DNA of 62,715 nt, counting the filler, from Sandaracinaceae bacterium (GTDB taxonomy: Bacteria > Myxococcota_A > Polyangia > Polyangiales > JADJQN01), in assembly GCA_947483975.1 (NCBI GenBank). It is 15 parts of 15 records of this genome, joined end to end, with 100 filler letters (N's around TTAATTAATTAA, not from the genome) between each part and the next. Parts side by side here need not be neighbours in the genome. Positions count along the whole stretch, not along the records: positions 1 to 4,204 come from CANKOL010000426.1; positions 4,305 to 8,505 come from CANKOL010000427.1; positions 8,606 to 12,788 come from CANKOL010000428.1; 12 more parts are not named here. The stretch is one strand, 5' to 3'. This document shows positions 1 to 10,683 of the stretch, piece by piece. Within the stretch, counting starts at the first letter, position 1, and the number at the start of each line of letters is the position of its first letter. The position numbers and the translations under genes were made by a program. The notes beneath the pieces are model-generated. The model was not told the DNA's origin. It worked only from the letters and a program-made list of their open reading frames with translations, and did no database searches.

Positions 1-750
1 CGTCGGGCACTCGTCCGCGCGGTCCGCGACGCCGTCGCCATCGCTGTCGAGCAGCGGGCAGCCGCGCCGCGCCGCGTCCGGGCGCGCGCCCGCGGGCACC
101 ACCGGACACTCGTCGTCCCCGTCGCGGACGCCGTCCCCGTCCTGATCGTGCTCGCCCCCGGGCGCGCTCTCCACGCCGTCGTCCGAGCGCGGCTCACCGA
201 GCAGCCCGATGGTCAGCCCGCCCTCGAGCAGGACGGGGTTCTCGCTGTTCGGATCGCTGCCCCAGCCGAGGCGCACGAACGGCCCCACGCGGAAGCCGCG
301 CACCACCGTGAACGCGCAGCCGAGCCCGACGTCGAAGCCCCCGCGCGCCACCGCGCCCGACTGCCCGTAGCTCGCGTGCGCGTCGAGCCAGCCGTCCGCC
401 GAGGTGAGCCCCGCGAGCACGCCCCAGTGAAGGCGCACGCCCGCGCGCGCCGCGTACCAAGAGGTCGACGCGCTCGACTGATCGCGCCCGAGCGCGAGCG
501 CGCTCCCGCCGACCTGCAGCCCGACGAGCGGGTGCACGTTGAGCTCCGCGTCGAGCGCCGCGCCGCCGCCGACCCCGAAGAGCGCGTCGTTGTACGGGTC
601 CGCGAGCGCCGCCAGAAAGCCCTCGACCGACACTCCGAACATCGCGCGCGACGCGGGCGCTGCGGGCTCAGCCTGCTGCGCCGACGCCACCGACGGGCCA
701 GCGATGACGAGCATCCACGCGAGAGCAGCACCCACCGTCGATCGTTGCAT
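1..750 (-). CDS. Outer-membrane protein with thrombospondin type-3 (Ca-binding) repeats, probably OmpA family; 3' truncated
   Basis: Not in the ORF track (no stop before the edge). Manual translation from ATG 750: MQRSTVGAALAWMLVIAGPSVASAQQ (signal peptide), beta-strand-rich region, then DQDGDGVRDGDDECP and DSDGDGVADRADECPT repeats. Confidence 0.8.
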   Translation of the reverse strand, partial: MQRSTVGAALAWMLVIAGPSVASAQQAEPAAPASRAMFGVSVEGFLAALADPYNDALFGVGGGAALDAELNVHPLVGLQVGGSALALGRDQSSASTSWYAARAGVRLHWGVLAGLTSADGWLDAHASYGQSGAVARGGFDVGLGCAFTVVRGFRVGPFVRLGWGSDPNSENPVLLEGGLTIGLLGEPRSDDGVESAPGGEHDQDGDGVRDGDDECPVVPAGARPDAARRGCPLLDSDGDGVADRADECPT

Positions 751-835
751 CACGCCACGTTACCGCGTTGGCCGCGTCAGCTGCAGACCATTCTCGTGAT
801 CGCGACGGCCGCCCCGCCCCCGCGCGCGTCCTCGC

Positions 836-1522
836 TCAGACCGCCGCGAAGCGCGGCCGCAGCACGTGGTTCTCGAGGTGGACGTGCCTGAAGACGTCGC
901 CCTCGAGCTGCTCGAGCTCCTTGAAGAGCGTGCGGTAGCTGTTGCAGGCCCATTCGGGCAGCGCGAAGTCGTCGGCCGCGGCGCGGATCTGCTCGAGGAC
1001 GTTCGCGACCTCGAGGTGCTCGGCGAGCATCGTCGTGAAGTGCTCGGACGCGACCGCGAGGTCGGGCACCGTCGCCGTCAGCGCCGGGAAGAGCGCCTGC
1101 TCCTCGTCGTCGAGGTGCGGCATCAGCGACGCGGCGAGGTCCGTCACGCCCACGTCGAGGTCGCGGAGCTTCGGGTTGTGGTCGCCGTGCACGCGGCTGA
1201 CCTTCGCCGCGAGCGTCTGCACGAAGGGCAGCGCCTTGCGCAGGTACTCGTGGTGCGTCGAGACGATGTGCGCGACGAGCGCCGGCGTGCCGAGCAGGCG
1301 CGGGTCAGCGTCCGCCGGGGTGAGGCGCCCGGCGATGGTCTGGTCGAGCTCGGCGATCAGCGCGTCGAGGTCGACGTTGCGGTCCTGCGCCGCCGCCTCG
1401 AGGCTGAGGTGCCCCCGACAGCAGAAGTCGATGCGGTGGCGCTGAAAGACCTGCGCGCACTCCGAGTGCTCGAGGACGACGTGGGCGATGGTCTGGTTCC
1501 GGTCGAGCGTGGGCGTGGTCAT
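836..1522 (-). CDS. ric: Repair-of-iron-centres di-iron protein (Ric/YtfE/ScdA)
   Basis: N-terminal IDFCCRG (ScdA_N) motif; hemerythrin-like His/Glu ligands (HHEYLR, HLDDEE, EH, HVHLEN). Start set at MTTPTLD. Confidence 0.92.
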   Translation of the reverse strand: MTTPTLDRNQTIAHVVLEHSECAQVFQRHRIDFCCRGHLSLEAAAQDRNVDLDALIAELDQTIAGRLTPADADPRLLGTPALVAHIVSTHHEYLRKALPFVQTLAAKVSRVHGDHNPKLRDLDVGVTDLAASLMPHLDDEEQALFPALTATVPDLAVASEHFTTMLAEHLEVANVLEQIRAAADDFALPEWACNSYRTLFKELEQLEGDVFRHVHLENHVLRPRFAAV

Positions 1523-1534
1523 GGGGCGCCCTTC

Positions 1535-1550
1535 TGCACGCGCTGCGCCA
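1535..1550 (-). promoter_or_regulatory. Sigma54 (-24/-12) promoter for ric
   Basis: Minus strand TGGCGCAGCGCGTGCA, exact GG-N10-GC spacing, next to a divergent sigma54 activator. Confidence 0.65.
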
Positions 1551-1623
1551 TGGGGCGGACTCTGCGAAACGTGCATGATTCACGGCGCGGCGTGCGTGCG
1601 CGGGCCTCGACTGCGCTGAGCGT

Positions 1624-1651
1624 GCGTTCCATAAGAGGACGCATGGAACGC
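1624..1651. promoter_or_regulatory. Perfect 9-bp inverted repeat, putative upstream activator/autoregulatory site
   Basis: GCGTTCCAT-N10-ATGGAACGC; overlaps the RBS and ATG of the activator and lies 75-100 bp upstream of the sigma54 promoter. Confidence 0.55.
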
Positions 1652-2641
1652 CCCTGTGACCGCAAGACCTGCCGCGTGTGTGGGCTCGTGCCGCTCGCCC
1701 CGCGCGTGAAGGGGGCGACGCACGTGATCGCGCGCAGCCCCGCGATGCAGACGCTGCTCGTGCGCGCGGCGCGCTTCGCGGCGAACAGCGCGCCGGTCGC
1801 CGTCCTCGGCGAGACGGGCACCGGCAAGGAGGTCATCGCCCGCGTGCTCCACGCGAACTCGCCGCGCGCGAAGGCGCCGTTCGTCGCGGTCAACGTCGCG
1901 GCGCTCCCCGGCGAGCTGCTCGAGTCGGAGCTGTTCGGGCACGGCAAGGGCGCGTTCACCGGGGCGACGACGGCGCGCCGCGGGCTCTTCGAGGCGGCCG
2001 ACGGCGGCACCCTCTTCCTCGACGAGATCGGCGAGATGCCGCTCCCGCTGCAGGCGAAGCTGCTGCGCGCGCTGCAGGACGGCGAGCTGCGGCGGGTCGG
2101 CGAGAGCCGGACGTTCTCGGTCGATGTGCGCATCGTCTGCGCGACGCACCGCGACCTCGCGCAGCGGGTCCGCGAGGGCAGCTTCCGCGAGGACCTCTTC
2201 TATCGGCTGAAGGTGCTGACGCTCGAGATGCCGCCGCTGCGCGTGCGGCACGACGATATCCTGCCGCTCGCCTGCCATTTCCTCGCGGAGGAGGCGACCT
2301 CGGCGCGCTGCTTCACCGCCGCCGCCAAGCAGCGCCTGCTGCGCTACGCCTGGCCGGGCAACGTCCGGGAGCTACAGAACGCGGTCAAGCACGGCGCCGC
2401 CCTCGCGACCCGCGCGGAGGTCGACGACGACGACCTGCCCGACGACCTGAAGCGCGCGCCCGCCCGAGACGAAGCCGCGCTCGCCGCGCCGGTGCCCGCA
2501 GGCCTCAAGACGCTCGCGCAGGTCGAGCGCGAGCACGTGCTCCACGTGCTCGACGCGTGCGCGGGCTCGCAGGCGGAGGCCTCGCGCGTCCTCGGCGTCG
2601 CGCGCAACACGCTCTGGCGCAAGCTGCGCGCGTACGCCTGA
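1643..2641 (+). CDS. Sigma54-dependent enhancer-binding protein (AAA+ and Fis HTH) with a short N-terminal Cx4Cx2C motif
   Basis: GETGTGKE Walker [40 protein letters not shown]-terminal HTH. Start [14 protein letters not shown] follows a GAGG RBS. Confidence 0.9.
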   Translation: MERPCDRKTCRVCGLVPLAPRVKGATHVIARSPAMQTLLVRAARFAANSAPVAVLGETGTGKEVIARVLHANSPRAKAPFVAVNVAALPGELLESELFGHGKGAFTGATTARRGLFEAADGGTLFLDEIGEMPLPLQAKLLRALQDGELRRVGESRTFSVDVRIVCATHRDLAQRVREGSFREDLFYRLKVLTLEMPPLRVRHDDILPLACHFLAEEATSARCFTAAAKQRLLRYAWPGNVRELQNAVKHGAALATRAEVDDDDLPDDLKRAPARDEAALAAPVPAGLKTLAQVEREHVLHVLDACAGSQAEASRVLGVARNTLWRKLRAYA

Positions 2642-2660
2642 GCGCGGCCGCCGTCGTCGC

Positions 2661-2712
2661 TCGACTCAGCTCGACTCAGCTCAGCTCGACGCAGGTCGCC
2701 TCAGCTCAGCTC
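2661..2712. repeat. Short CTCAGCTC-type tandem repeats at a convergent gene junction
   Basis: tcgactcagc tcgactcagc tcagctc...tcagctcagctc; the unit contains the last codon plus stop of the minus-strand gene. Confidence 0.6.
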
Positions 2713-3926
2713 CACAGCCACGCGGCCGGCACGGCGTGCAGGTTCTCGCCGAACGGGACGAGCTCCGCGCCGCCATAGAGCACGACGCCACGATGGAACT
2801 TCGACCCCGCGAGCGCCGCGAGCGCGCGCAGCCCGCCGAGGTCGCTCGGGCCGACGGCGGACGCGGCCTTCACCTCGACGCCGACGACCCGCCCCTGCGG
2901 CCCCTCGAGCACCAGGTCCACCTCTTGGCCCGCGTGCGAGCGGAGGTGCAGGAGGCGCGCGCGCACCGACGACGCGCTCAGCTGCTTGCGTAGCTCGGTC
3001 TGCAGGAACGTCTCGAAGATCGGCCCGCGCGCTGACGACGCGCGCAGCTCAGCGGCGGACGTGAGGTCGAGGAGGTGGCACGCGAGGCCCGCGTCCGCGA
3101 AGTGCATTCGCGGCGCCTTCGCCAGGCGCTTGCCCGTGTTGACGAACCACGCCGGGACCGGCGCGACGAGGAAGAGCGTCTCGAGCAGCGAGAGATACCG
3201 GCGCAGCGTCGAGTGCGGGATGCCGAGCGTGCGCCCGAGGTCTGCCTCGTTGAGCAGCCCGGTCACGCGCGAGGCGAGCAGCGTGAGCAGCCGTGGGAGC
3301 TGCACGAGCCCCTCGACGTCGGCCACGTCGCGCACGTCGCGCGAGAGGAGCGTCGCGAGGTACGAAGCGAACCACGCAGTCCGCCGCGCGGAGGTGCGCC
3401 CGCGCGGCTCCGGGTAGCCGGACGCGACCGCGCGAGCCTCCCAGCCCTCGCCGTGCGCCTTTCGCGCCTTCGGCGGCCCGGCCGCGAAGAGCCGCTCGAT
3501 GGCGTCGCCCGCGCGCCCGTCGACCTCCGCCTCGGCGAGCGGCCAGAGCGTGTGCACGTCGATGCGCCCCGTGAGCGCGTCGGCCACGCGGGGCAGCGAC
3601 AGCACGTTCGCGGAGCCCGTCAGCAGGAATCGCCCCGGCCGCCGGTCGCGGTCCACGCTCGCCTTGATCGCGAGCAGCAGCTCCGGCGCGCGCTGCACCT
3701 CGTCGAGCGCGACCTCGCCGTCGAGCCCCGCGATGAAGCCCGCCGCGTCCGCGCGGGCGGCCGCCAGCACCTGCGCGTCATCGAGCGTCAGCAGGCGCCG
3801 ACTCGTGCCCTCGGAGAGCATCGAGACGAGCGTGCTCTTGCCCGCTTGTCGCGGCCCGACGACGAGGACGACCGGCGTGTCGGACAGCGCGTCCCGAACT
3901 CGAGGCTCGATCAGGCGACGATGCAT
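2706..3926 (-). CDS. AAA_14 ATPase with DUF4143 and PD-(D/E)XK-like C-terminus (COG1373 family)
   Basis: GPRQAGKST Walker A, LDEVQRAP Walker B, LLTGSA, GYP, FETF, C-terminal EVDLVL...GVEVK. Start MHRRLIEPR. Confidence 0.88.
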   Translation of the reverse strand: MHRRLIEPRVRDALSDTPVVLVVGPRQAGKSTLVSMLSEGTSRRLLTLDDAQVLAAARADAAGFIAGLDGEVALDEVQRAPELLLAIKASVDRDRRPGRFLLTGSANVLSLPRVADALTGRIDVHTLWPLAEAEVDGRAGDAIERLFAAGPPKARKAHGEGWEARAVASGYPEPRGRTSARRTAWFASYLATLLSRDVRDVADVEGLVQLPRLLTLLASRVTGLLNEADLGRTLGIPHSTLRRYLSLLETLFLVAPVPAWFVNTGKRLAKAPRMHFADAGLACHLLDLTSAAELRASSARGPIFETFLQTELRKQLSASSVRARLLHLRSHAGQEVDLVLEGPQGRVVGVEVKAASAVGPSDLGGLRALAALAGSKFHRGVVLYGGAELVPFGENLHAVPAAWLWS

Positions 3927-3986
3927 GGTGGAAAATCTGCCACGCACTGGCAGATATTCCACCAGCAGGTGGCAGATAATCCGTCG
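3926..3986. promoter_or_regulatory. Array of three 17-bp imperfect palindromes with 22-bp period (putative operator)
   Basis: TGGTGGAAAATCTGCCA (3926), TGGCAGATATTCCACCA (3948), TGGCAGATAATCCGTCG (3970); units 1 and 2 are inverted copies at 16/17. Confidence 0.6.
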
Positions 3987-4007
3987 CCTCGGCCGCCGTG
4001 GCCGCCG

Positions 4008-4204
4008 CTATCGATGCCGCGGCAGCAGCTTCAGCGCGCGCTTCGCCGCCGGGGTCACGACGTTCTTGCGCACCGTCTTGGCGGCGTACACGACGCCGGA
4101 CGGCAGCGCGCGGAAGGTCACGTCGACGTGGCCCTCGTCGGTCTCGATCGCGTGGAGCGTGATCAGGCTCGTGATGGCGCCGAGGGCGCGGCGCGCGCGG
4201 GAGC
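4008..4204 (-). CDS. Hypothetical protein, 3' end only
   Basis: Open frame ...VTFRALPSGVVYAAKTVRKNVVTPAAKRALKLLPRHR* ending at TAG 4008-4010. Confidence 0.5.
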
Positions 4205-4304
4205 NNNNNNNNNNNNNNNNNNNNNNNNNNNNNNNNNNNNNNNNNNNNTTAATTAATTAANNNNNNNNNNNNNNNNNNNNNNNNNNNNNNNNNNNNNNNN
4301 NNNN
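4205..4304. other. Artificial contig spacer (first of 14)
   Basis: N44-TTAATTAATTAA-N44. Others at 8506-8605, 12789-12888, 17039-17138, 21279-21378, 25485-25584, 29689-29788, 33876-33975, 38054-38153, 42216-42315, 46355-46454, 50490-50589, 54569-54668, 58646-58745. Confidence 0.99.
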
Positions 4305-5726
4305 GACCGCGGGCGGCGCGGGAGCGTCCGGCGGGCTCACGGGCGGCTCGGCGGGGGTCGCGGTGTTCGCGGGCGTGGCCGCGGTGTTCGGCGTGCCGCG
4401 GCGCGCGACGACGACGAACTCGACGCGACGATTGCGCTGATACGCCCACTCGGTCGTGCCCGGATCGCGCGGTCGCGTCGCGCCGAAGCCCGCCGAATCG
4501 ATGATGCCGGCGGGGATGCCGAGCGCGACGAGCGCCGCGCGCACGTTGACGGCGCGACGCTCGCTGAGGTCCTGGTTGAACGCCGTCTCGCCGCGCGCGT
4601 CCGCGTGCCCCTCGATGCGGACGCGCGTCCACTCGGGGTGCAGCAGCACGAGCTGGACGATCGCGCGCAGCACCGGGCGCGCGGTCGACTTCACGCGCGA
4701 GCGCTCGAAGTCGAACAGGACCGTCTCTTCGAGCACGATGTGATCGTCGATGAGCGCGATCAGCCCCTCGTCGGGGCAGCCGTCGTCATCGTTGACGCCG
4801 TTGACGATCTCGGCGTCGTTCGGGCACTGGTCCGCGGCGTCGAGGAAGCCGTCCTGATCGTTGTCGGGATCCGGGCAGCCGTCCGTGTCCTCGAAGCCGT
4901 CGCGGTCCTCGGGCACGAGCGGGCAGTGATCGTCCGCGTCGCGGATGCGGTCCGCGTCGTTGTCGAGATCGGGGCAGCCGTCAGTGTCCTCGAAGCCGTC
5001 GCGGTCCTCAGGCTCTTCGATGCAGCCGTCATCGGGGTCGAGGATGCCGTCGTGATCCGTGTCGGGGATGGGGGGCGTCGTGACGACGGGGCGCGCGTGA
5101 TGCCCGCGCGGATCGAAGAGCACGACCTCCGCGCCGAAGAGCAGCACCCGCGCGTCGCGCTCATCGAGGGCGTCCTGGCTCTCGACGAGCTGCGCGTAGC
5201 GAACCGTGGGACCGACGTCGATCGGGCCGACGCGAAACAGCCAGCCGAGCCCGAGCTCCGAGGTGAAGCGCACGCGCGTGCCGGTGAGCACGGCGCCCAT
5301 CCCGACCTCGAGGTACGCGCCTGTCGCGCGAGCGCCGTCGTCGAAGCCGAAGCCGTCGAAGCGCAGGCGCATCGCGACGGTGAGCGAGCCGAGCCCGCCG
5401 AGCCCAGGGTCGAGCTGATTCGGGCGCGTCGGCGCGTCGCCGTTCGAGAGCAGCCCGAGGCGCAGGCGCGCGCCCGCGAGCAAGTACGGAGTGAGCGGCC
5501 GATAGACCCCGCCCGCGATCGCGCCCCCGACGCCGAAGAGCTGCGACTGCGGCTCGCTGAGCGGCACCGCGACCACGCCGTCCGCCAAGACCAGCCAAGG
5601 CTCGTCCGCGCGGGCGGTCTGCGGCTGCGCGAGCGCGACGCCGACGAGCAGAGCCGCCGCGAGCGACGCGAGCCACGCACGGTCGAGGGACGTCTTCCGA
5701 GCTTTCCCGTACGATGCGCGAGCCAT
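4305..5726 (-). CDS. OmpA-family protein with TSP3 repeats; 3' truncated
   Basis: Signal peptide, beta-barrel-like region, repeated PEDRDGFEDTDGCPD, OmpA-C motifs RIEGHAD, NQDLSERRA, NRRVEF. Confidence 0.9.
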
Positions 5727-8058
5727 GCGGTCCTGCGTCCTCTCGCTCATCCTCGTCCTCACCATCGCCGCGCCGCTCGCCGGCTGCGGCAGCGCGGTGT
5801 GCCACGCCCCGCCGACGTGCGCGAATCCCGCACCGCCGACCCCTGCGGCCCCGGCTGCGGACGTCGTCGCCGCCGAGCTTCGTTCCGAAGCCACGGGAAC
5901 TATTCCAGATTCCGGCATCCTAGCGCAGATCTCAGCCACACAGAATTTCCGTCTTGGTCGACCGACCCGGGTGCAGCTGTCTCCAAACGGCGCTTTCGCT
6001 TATTTCTTGCGGTCCGGCCCGCGCACGGCGGTGCGCGACCTCTACGTGCTCGACGTCGCGAGCGGCACGGAGCGCGTGCTGCTGACCGCGGACGCGCTCC
6101 TCGGCGGCGCGAGCGAGCAGCTCTCGGACGCCGAGCGCGCGCGGCGTGAGCGGCTCCGCCTGACGGCGAGCGGCATCGCGGACTACGCGCTCTCCCCGGA
6201 CGGCGCGTCGTTCCTCGTGCCGCTCTCCGGGAAGCTGTTCCTCGTCAACGCGCTCACCGGCGCCTCGCGCACCATCGGCGCGGCGGACGCCTCCGCCGCC
6301 CCCGTCGACGCGCGCTTCTCACCGGACGGCGCGCGCATCGCCTGCGTGCGCGACGGCGATCTCTACGTGATCGACGTGCGCACCGGCGCCGAGCGACGCC
6401 TGACGCACCGGCCGTCGCCCGCCGTCAGCTACGGCGAGGCGGAGTTCGTCGCGCAGGAAGAGATGGACCGCATGGAGGGCTATTGGTGGTCCCCCGACGG
6501 CGCGACGCTCGCCGTCGAAGAGGCGGACACGACGCCCGAGGAGACCTTCCACATCGCCGATCCCGCGCACCCCGAGCGGGACCCCGCGGTCTTCCCGTAT
6601 CCGCGCGCGGGCAAGCCCAACGCGCTCGTGCGCCTCGGGCTGATGCCGGCTCGCGGCGGTCGCTTCACCTGGGTCAGCTGGGACCGCGACCGCTATCCGT
6701 ATCTCGCCAAGGTCGTGTGGCCGTACAACGGCCCGCTGACCGTGCTCGTGCAGAACCGCACGCAGACGGAGGAGCTGCTGCTCGCGGTCGATCCGCGGAC
6801 GGGCGCCGCGCGCACGCTGCTGACGGAGCGCGACGCGCAGTGGCTGAACCTCGACGATCAGATGCCGCGTTACCTGAGCGACGGGTCCTTTCTCTGGACG
6901 ACCGAGCGTGGCGGCGCTTGGCAGCTCGAGCGGCGCGCCGTGGACGGCTCGCTGCTCCGCGCGGTGACGCTGCCGGAGCTCGGCTATCGTGGGCTATCGC
7001 GCGTCGATGAGAGCGCGGGCGCGGTGTATGTGATCGCGGCGCGCGATCCGCTCGAGTCGCACCTCTGGCGGGTGCCGCTCTCCGAAGGGAGCGAGCCGGT
7101 ACAGCTGACGCAGGAGCCCGGCGCGCACGACGCGGTGTTCGCGGGCGCCGCGCCCGTCTGGATCGACGTCGCGGACACGATCACAGGCGAGCGCTTCATG
7201 CGCGTGCATCGCGCGGACGGGAGCCTCGGACCGGAGCTGCGCTCGGTGGCGGAGACGCCGCTCGTGATGCCGCGGGTCGAGCATGTGTGGACGGACTCCG
7301 AGCCGAGAATGCGCGCGGTGCTCGTGCGGCCGCGCGACTTCGACGCGCGCAAGCGCTACCCGGTGATCGAGTGGGCCTATGGCGGTCCGCACGCGCTGCA
7401 GGTGAGCGCGACGCCGTATCGCTACTTCGCTGCGCAGTGGCTCGCCGATCACGGCTTCATCGTCGTCGCGATCGACGGGCGCGGCACGCCGGCGCGCGGG
7501 CGAGTGTGGGAGCGAGCGATCGCGCGCGACCTGATCACGGTGCCGCTCGCCGATCATGAGCTCGCGCTGCGGGCGCTCGGGCGACGCTATCCGGAGCTCG
7601 ACCTCGAGCGCGTCGGCGTCCACGGCTGGTCGTTCGGCGGCTACTACGCGACGATGGCGCTGCTCCGCGCGGGCGACCTCTACAAGGCCGCCATCGCGGG
7701 CGCGCCGGTGACCGATTGGCACGACTACGACACGCACTACACCGAGCGCTACATGGGCCTGCCCGACGACAACGCGGCGGGCTACGCCTCGACCTCGGCG
7801 GTCGTCGCCGCGAGTCGACTCGAGCGCCCGCTGCTGCTGATCCACGGCACCGCGGACGACAACGTGTACTTCCTGCACTCGCTCAAGCTCGCCGACGCGC
7901 TCTTTCGCGCCGGGCGCACTTTCGAGCTGCTCACGCTCGCGGGACAGACCCACATGGCCGCGGATCCGGAGCTGCAACTGCGCCTCCAGGAGCGCATGGC
8001 GGCGTTCTTCACCGAGCATCTCGGGCAGCCGCGCGCGGCGAGCGAGGCGGCTCCTTGA
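5725..8058 (+). CDS. S9 family dipeptidyl peptidase IV-like lipoprotein
   Basis: LAGC lipobox, EFVAQEEM, YPRAG, GWSFGG catalytic Ser, DDNV Asp, C-terminal His; YDTHYTERYMG. Confidence 0.93.
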   Translation: MRSCVLSLILVLTIAAPLAGCGSAVCHAPPTCANPAPPTPAAPAADVVAAELRSEATGTIPDSGILAQISATQNFRLGRPTRVQLSPNGAFAYFLRSGPRTAVRDLYVLDVASGTERVLLTADALLGGASEQLSDAERARRERLRLTASGIADYALSPDGASFLVPLSGKLFLVNALTGASRTIGAADASAAPVDARFSPDGARIACVRDGDLYVIDVRTGAERRLTHRPSPAVSYGEAEFVAQEEMDRMEGYWWSPDGATLAVEEADTTPEETFHIADPAHPERDPAVFPYPRAGKPNALVRLGLMPARGGRFTWVSWDRDRYPYLAKVVWPYNGPLTVLVQNRTQTEELLLAVDPRTGAARTLLTERDAQWLNLDDQMPRYLSDGSFLWTTERGGAWQLERRAVDGSLLRAVTLPELGYRGLSRVDESAGAVYVIAARDPLESHLWRVPLSEGSEPVQLTQEPGAHDAVFAGAAPVWIDVADTITGERFMRVHRADGSLGPELRSVAETPLVMPRVEHVWTDSEPRMRAVLVRPRDFDARKRYPVIEWAYGGPHALQVSATPYRYFAAQWLADHGFIVVAIDGRGTPARGRVWERAIARDLITVPLADHELALRALGRRYPELDLERVGVHGWSFGGYYATMALLRAGDLYKAAIAGAPVTDWHDYDTHYTERYMGLPDDNAAGYASTSAVVAASRLERPLLLIHGTADDNVYFLHSLKLADALFRAGRTFELLTLAGQTHMAADPELQLRLQERMAAFFTEHLGQPRAASEAAP

Positions 8059-8149
8059 GCCTCGAGCGAGCCTAATCGGCGGGCGCGCGAGCGGCCGCGC
8101 GTGAACGCGCCTCGCGCCACCGGCAACAGTCCTGCCGGAGCCGAATCGC

Positions 8150-8505
8150 ATGATTTTCCTTCGCCGACCGCTCTCGACGCTGATGGTCAGTTGTCTGCTG
8201 CTGCTCGCGCTTCCGGGCGGACTCGCGCACGCGAACGAGCCGACCGGCCCTGACGGCAGCGCAGCGCGCGCGCGCCCTGCGTACGCCACCGAGGTCGACG
8301 CGGCGTACGAGCGCGCGACGCACGTCAGCCGGCGCATCACCTCGATGCTCGACGACGCACGCCGCACCCGGGACGCGCGACGCGCCCGCTGCCTCGACGT
8401 CACGCTCAGCGAGGTCAACAGCCAGGTGAGGATGCTCGGCGAGCGCGCCGAGCGCCTCGACGCGGCGCTCACACACGGCGACGAGAGCGTCGCGCGCCAC
8501 GAGGC
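8150..8505 (+). CDS. Secreted hypothetical protein, 3' truncated
   Basis: Signal peptide (LLLLALPGGLAHA) followed by a helical region. Confidence 0.6.
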
Positions 8506-8605
8506 NNNNNNNNNNNNNNNNNNNNNNNNNNNNNNNNNNNNNNNNNNNNTTAATTAATTAANNNNNNNNNNNNNNNNNNNNNNNNNNNNNNNNNNNNNNN
8601 NNNNN

Positions 8606-8854
8606 CCAGGCCCAGAGCTCGTCCGGCATCGCCGCGAACGCGCGCCGCGTCGCGAGGTCCTCCGGCTGGTAGTTCGTCGAGCCGATCTGCCAGTAGCCCT
8701 CGGCGCCGCGGAAGGTCGGGATGCCGCTCTCCGCCGAGATGCCCGCGCCGGTCAGGAAGACCACAGGGCCCGATCGAGCGAGCGCGGCGGACCCGAGCGC
8801 GAGGAGGCGTCCTTCGAGGTCCGTGAATGCTCGCACCGTGTCGGACGCTACCAC
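8606..8854 (-). CDS. cobB: Sirtuin (CobB-type NAD-dependent deacylase), N-terminal part
   Basis: [17 protein letters not shown]...GYW signature; start uncertain. Confidence 0.85.
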
Positions 8855-8881
8855 GCCGAGGGGCGTGGCCGCGCCCGCGCC

Positions 8882-10507
<1,626 letters not shown>

Positions 10508-10683
10508 GGGGCGGCTGTGTACGGGAAAGCGCGCAGCGCGCAAGGCGCGGGCGGCGCGCTCTCCACGATTTCCATGTGACCGCCGCGCGGGAGCGCGGTA
10601 CGCATAGGGCTCCAGACGCTGGGGCGGCGCCGCCTCCTCGCCGTCGGCGCTCGCTCGCTCGACTTCACTTGGAGGTGCTCGCC

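Noticed and set aside
866..1642. Long N-terminal extension of the 591-aa sigma54 activator ORF
   Set aside because: It is the antisense frame of ric; the RBS and ATG at 1643 give the plausible start.
8606..8854. Sir2 domain as an anti-phage NADase (Thoeris/DSR)
   Set aside because: The [17 protein letters not shown] motif is the housekeeping CobB type, and the context is non-defence.
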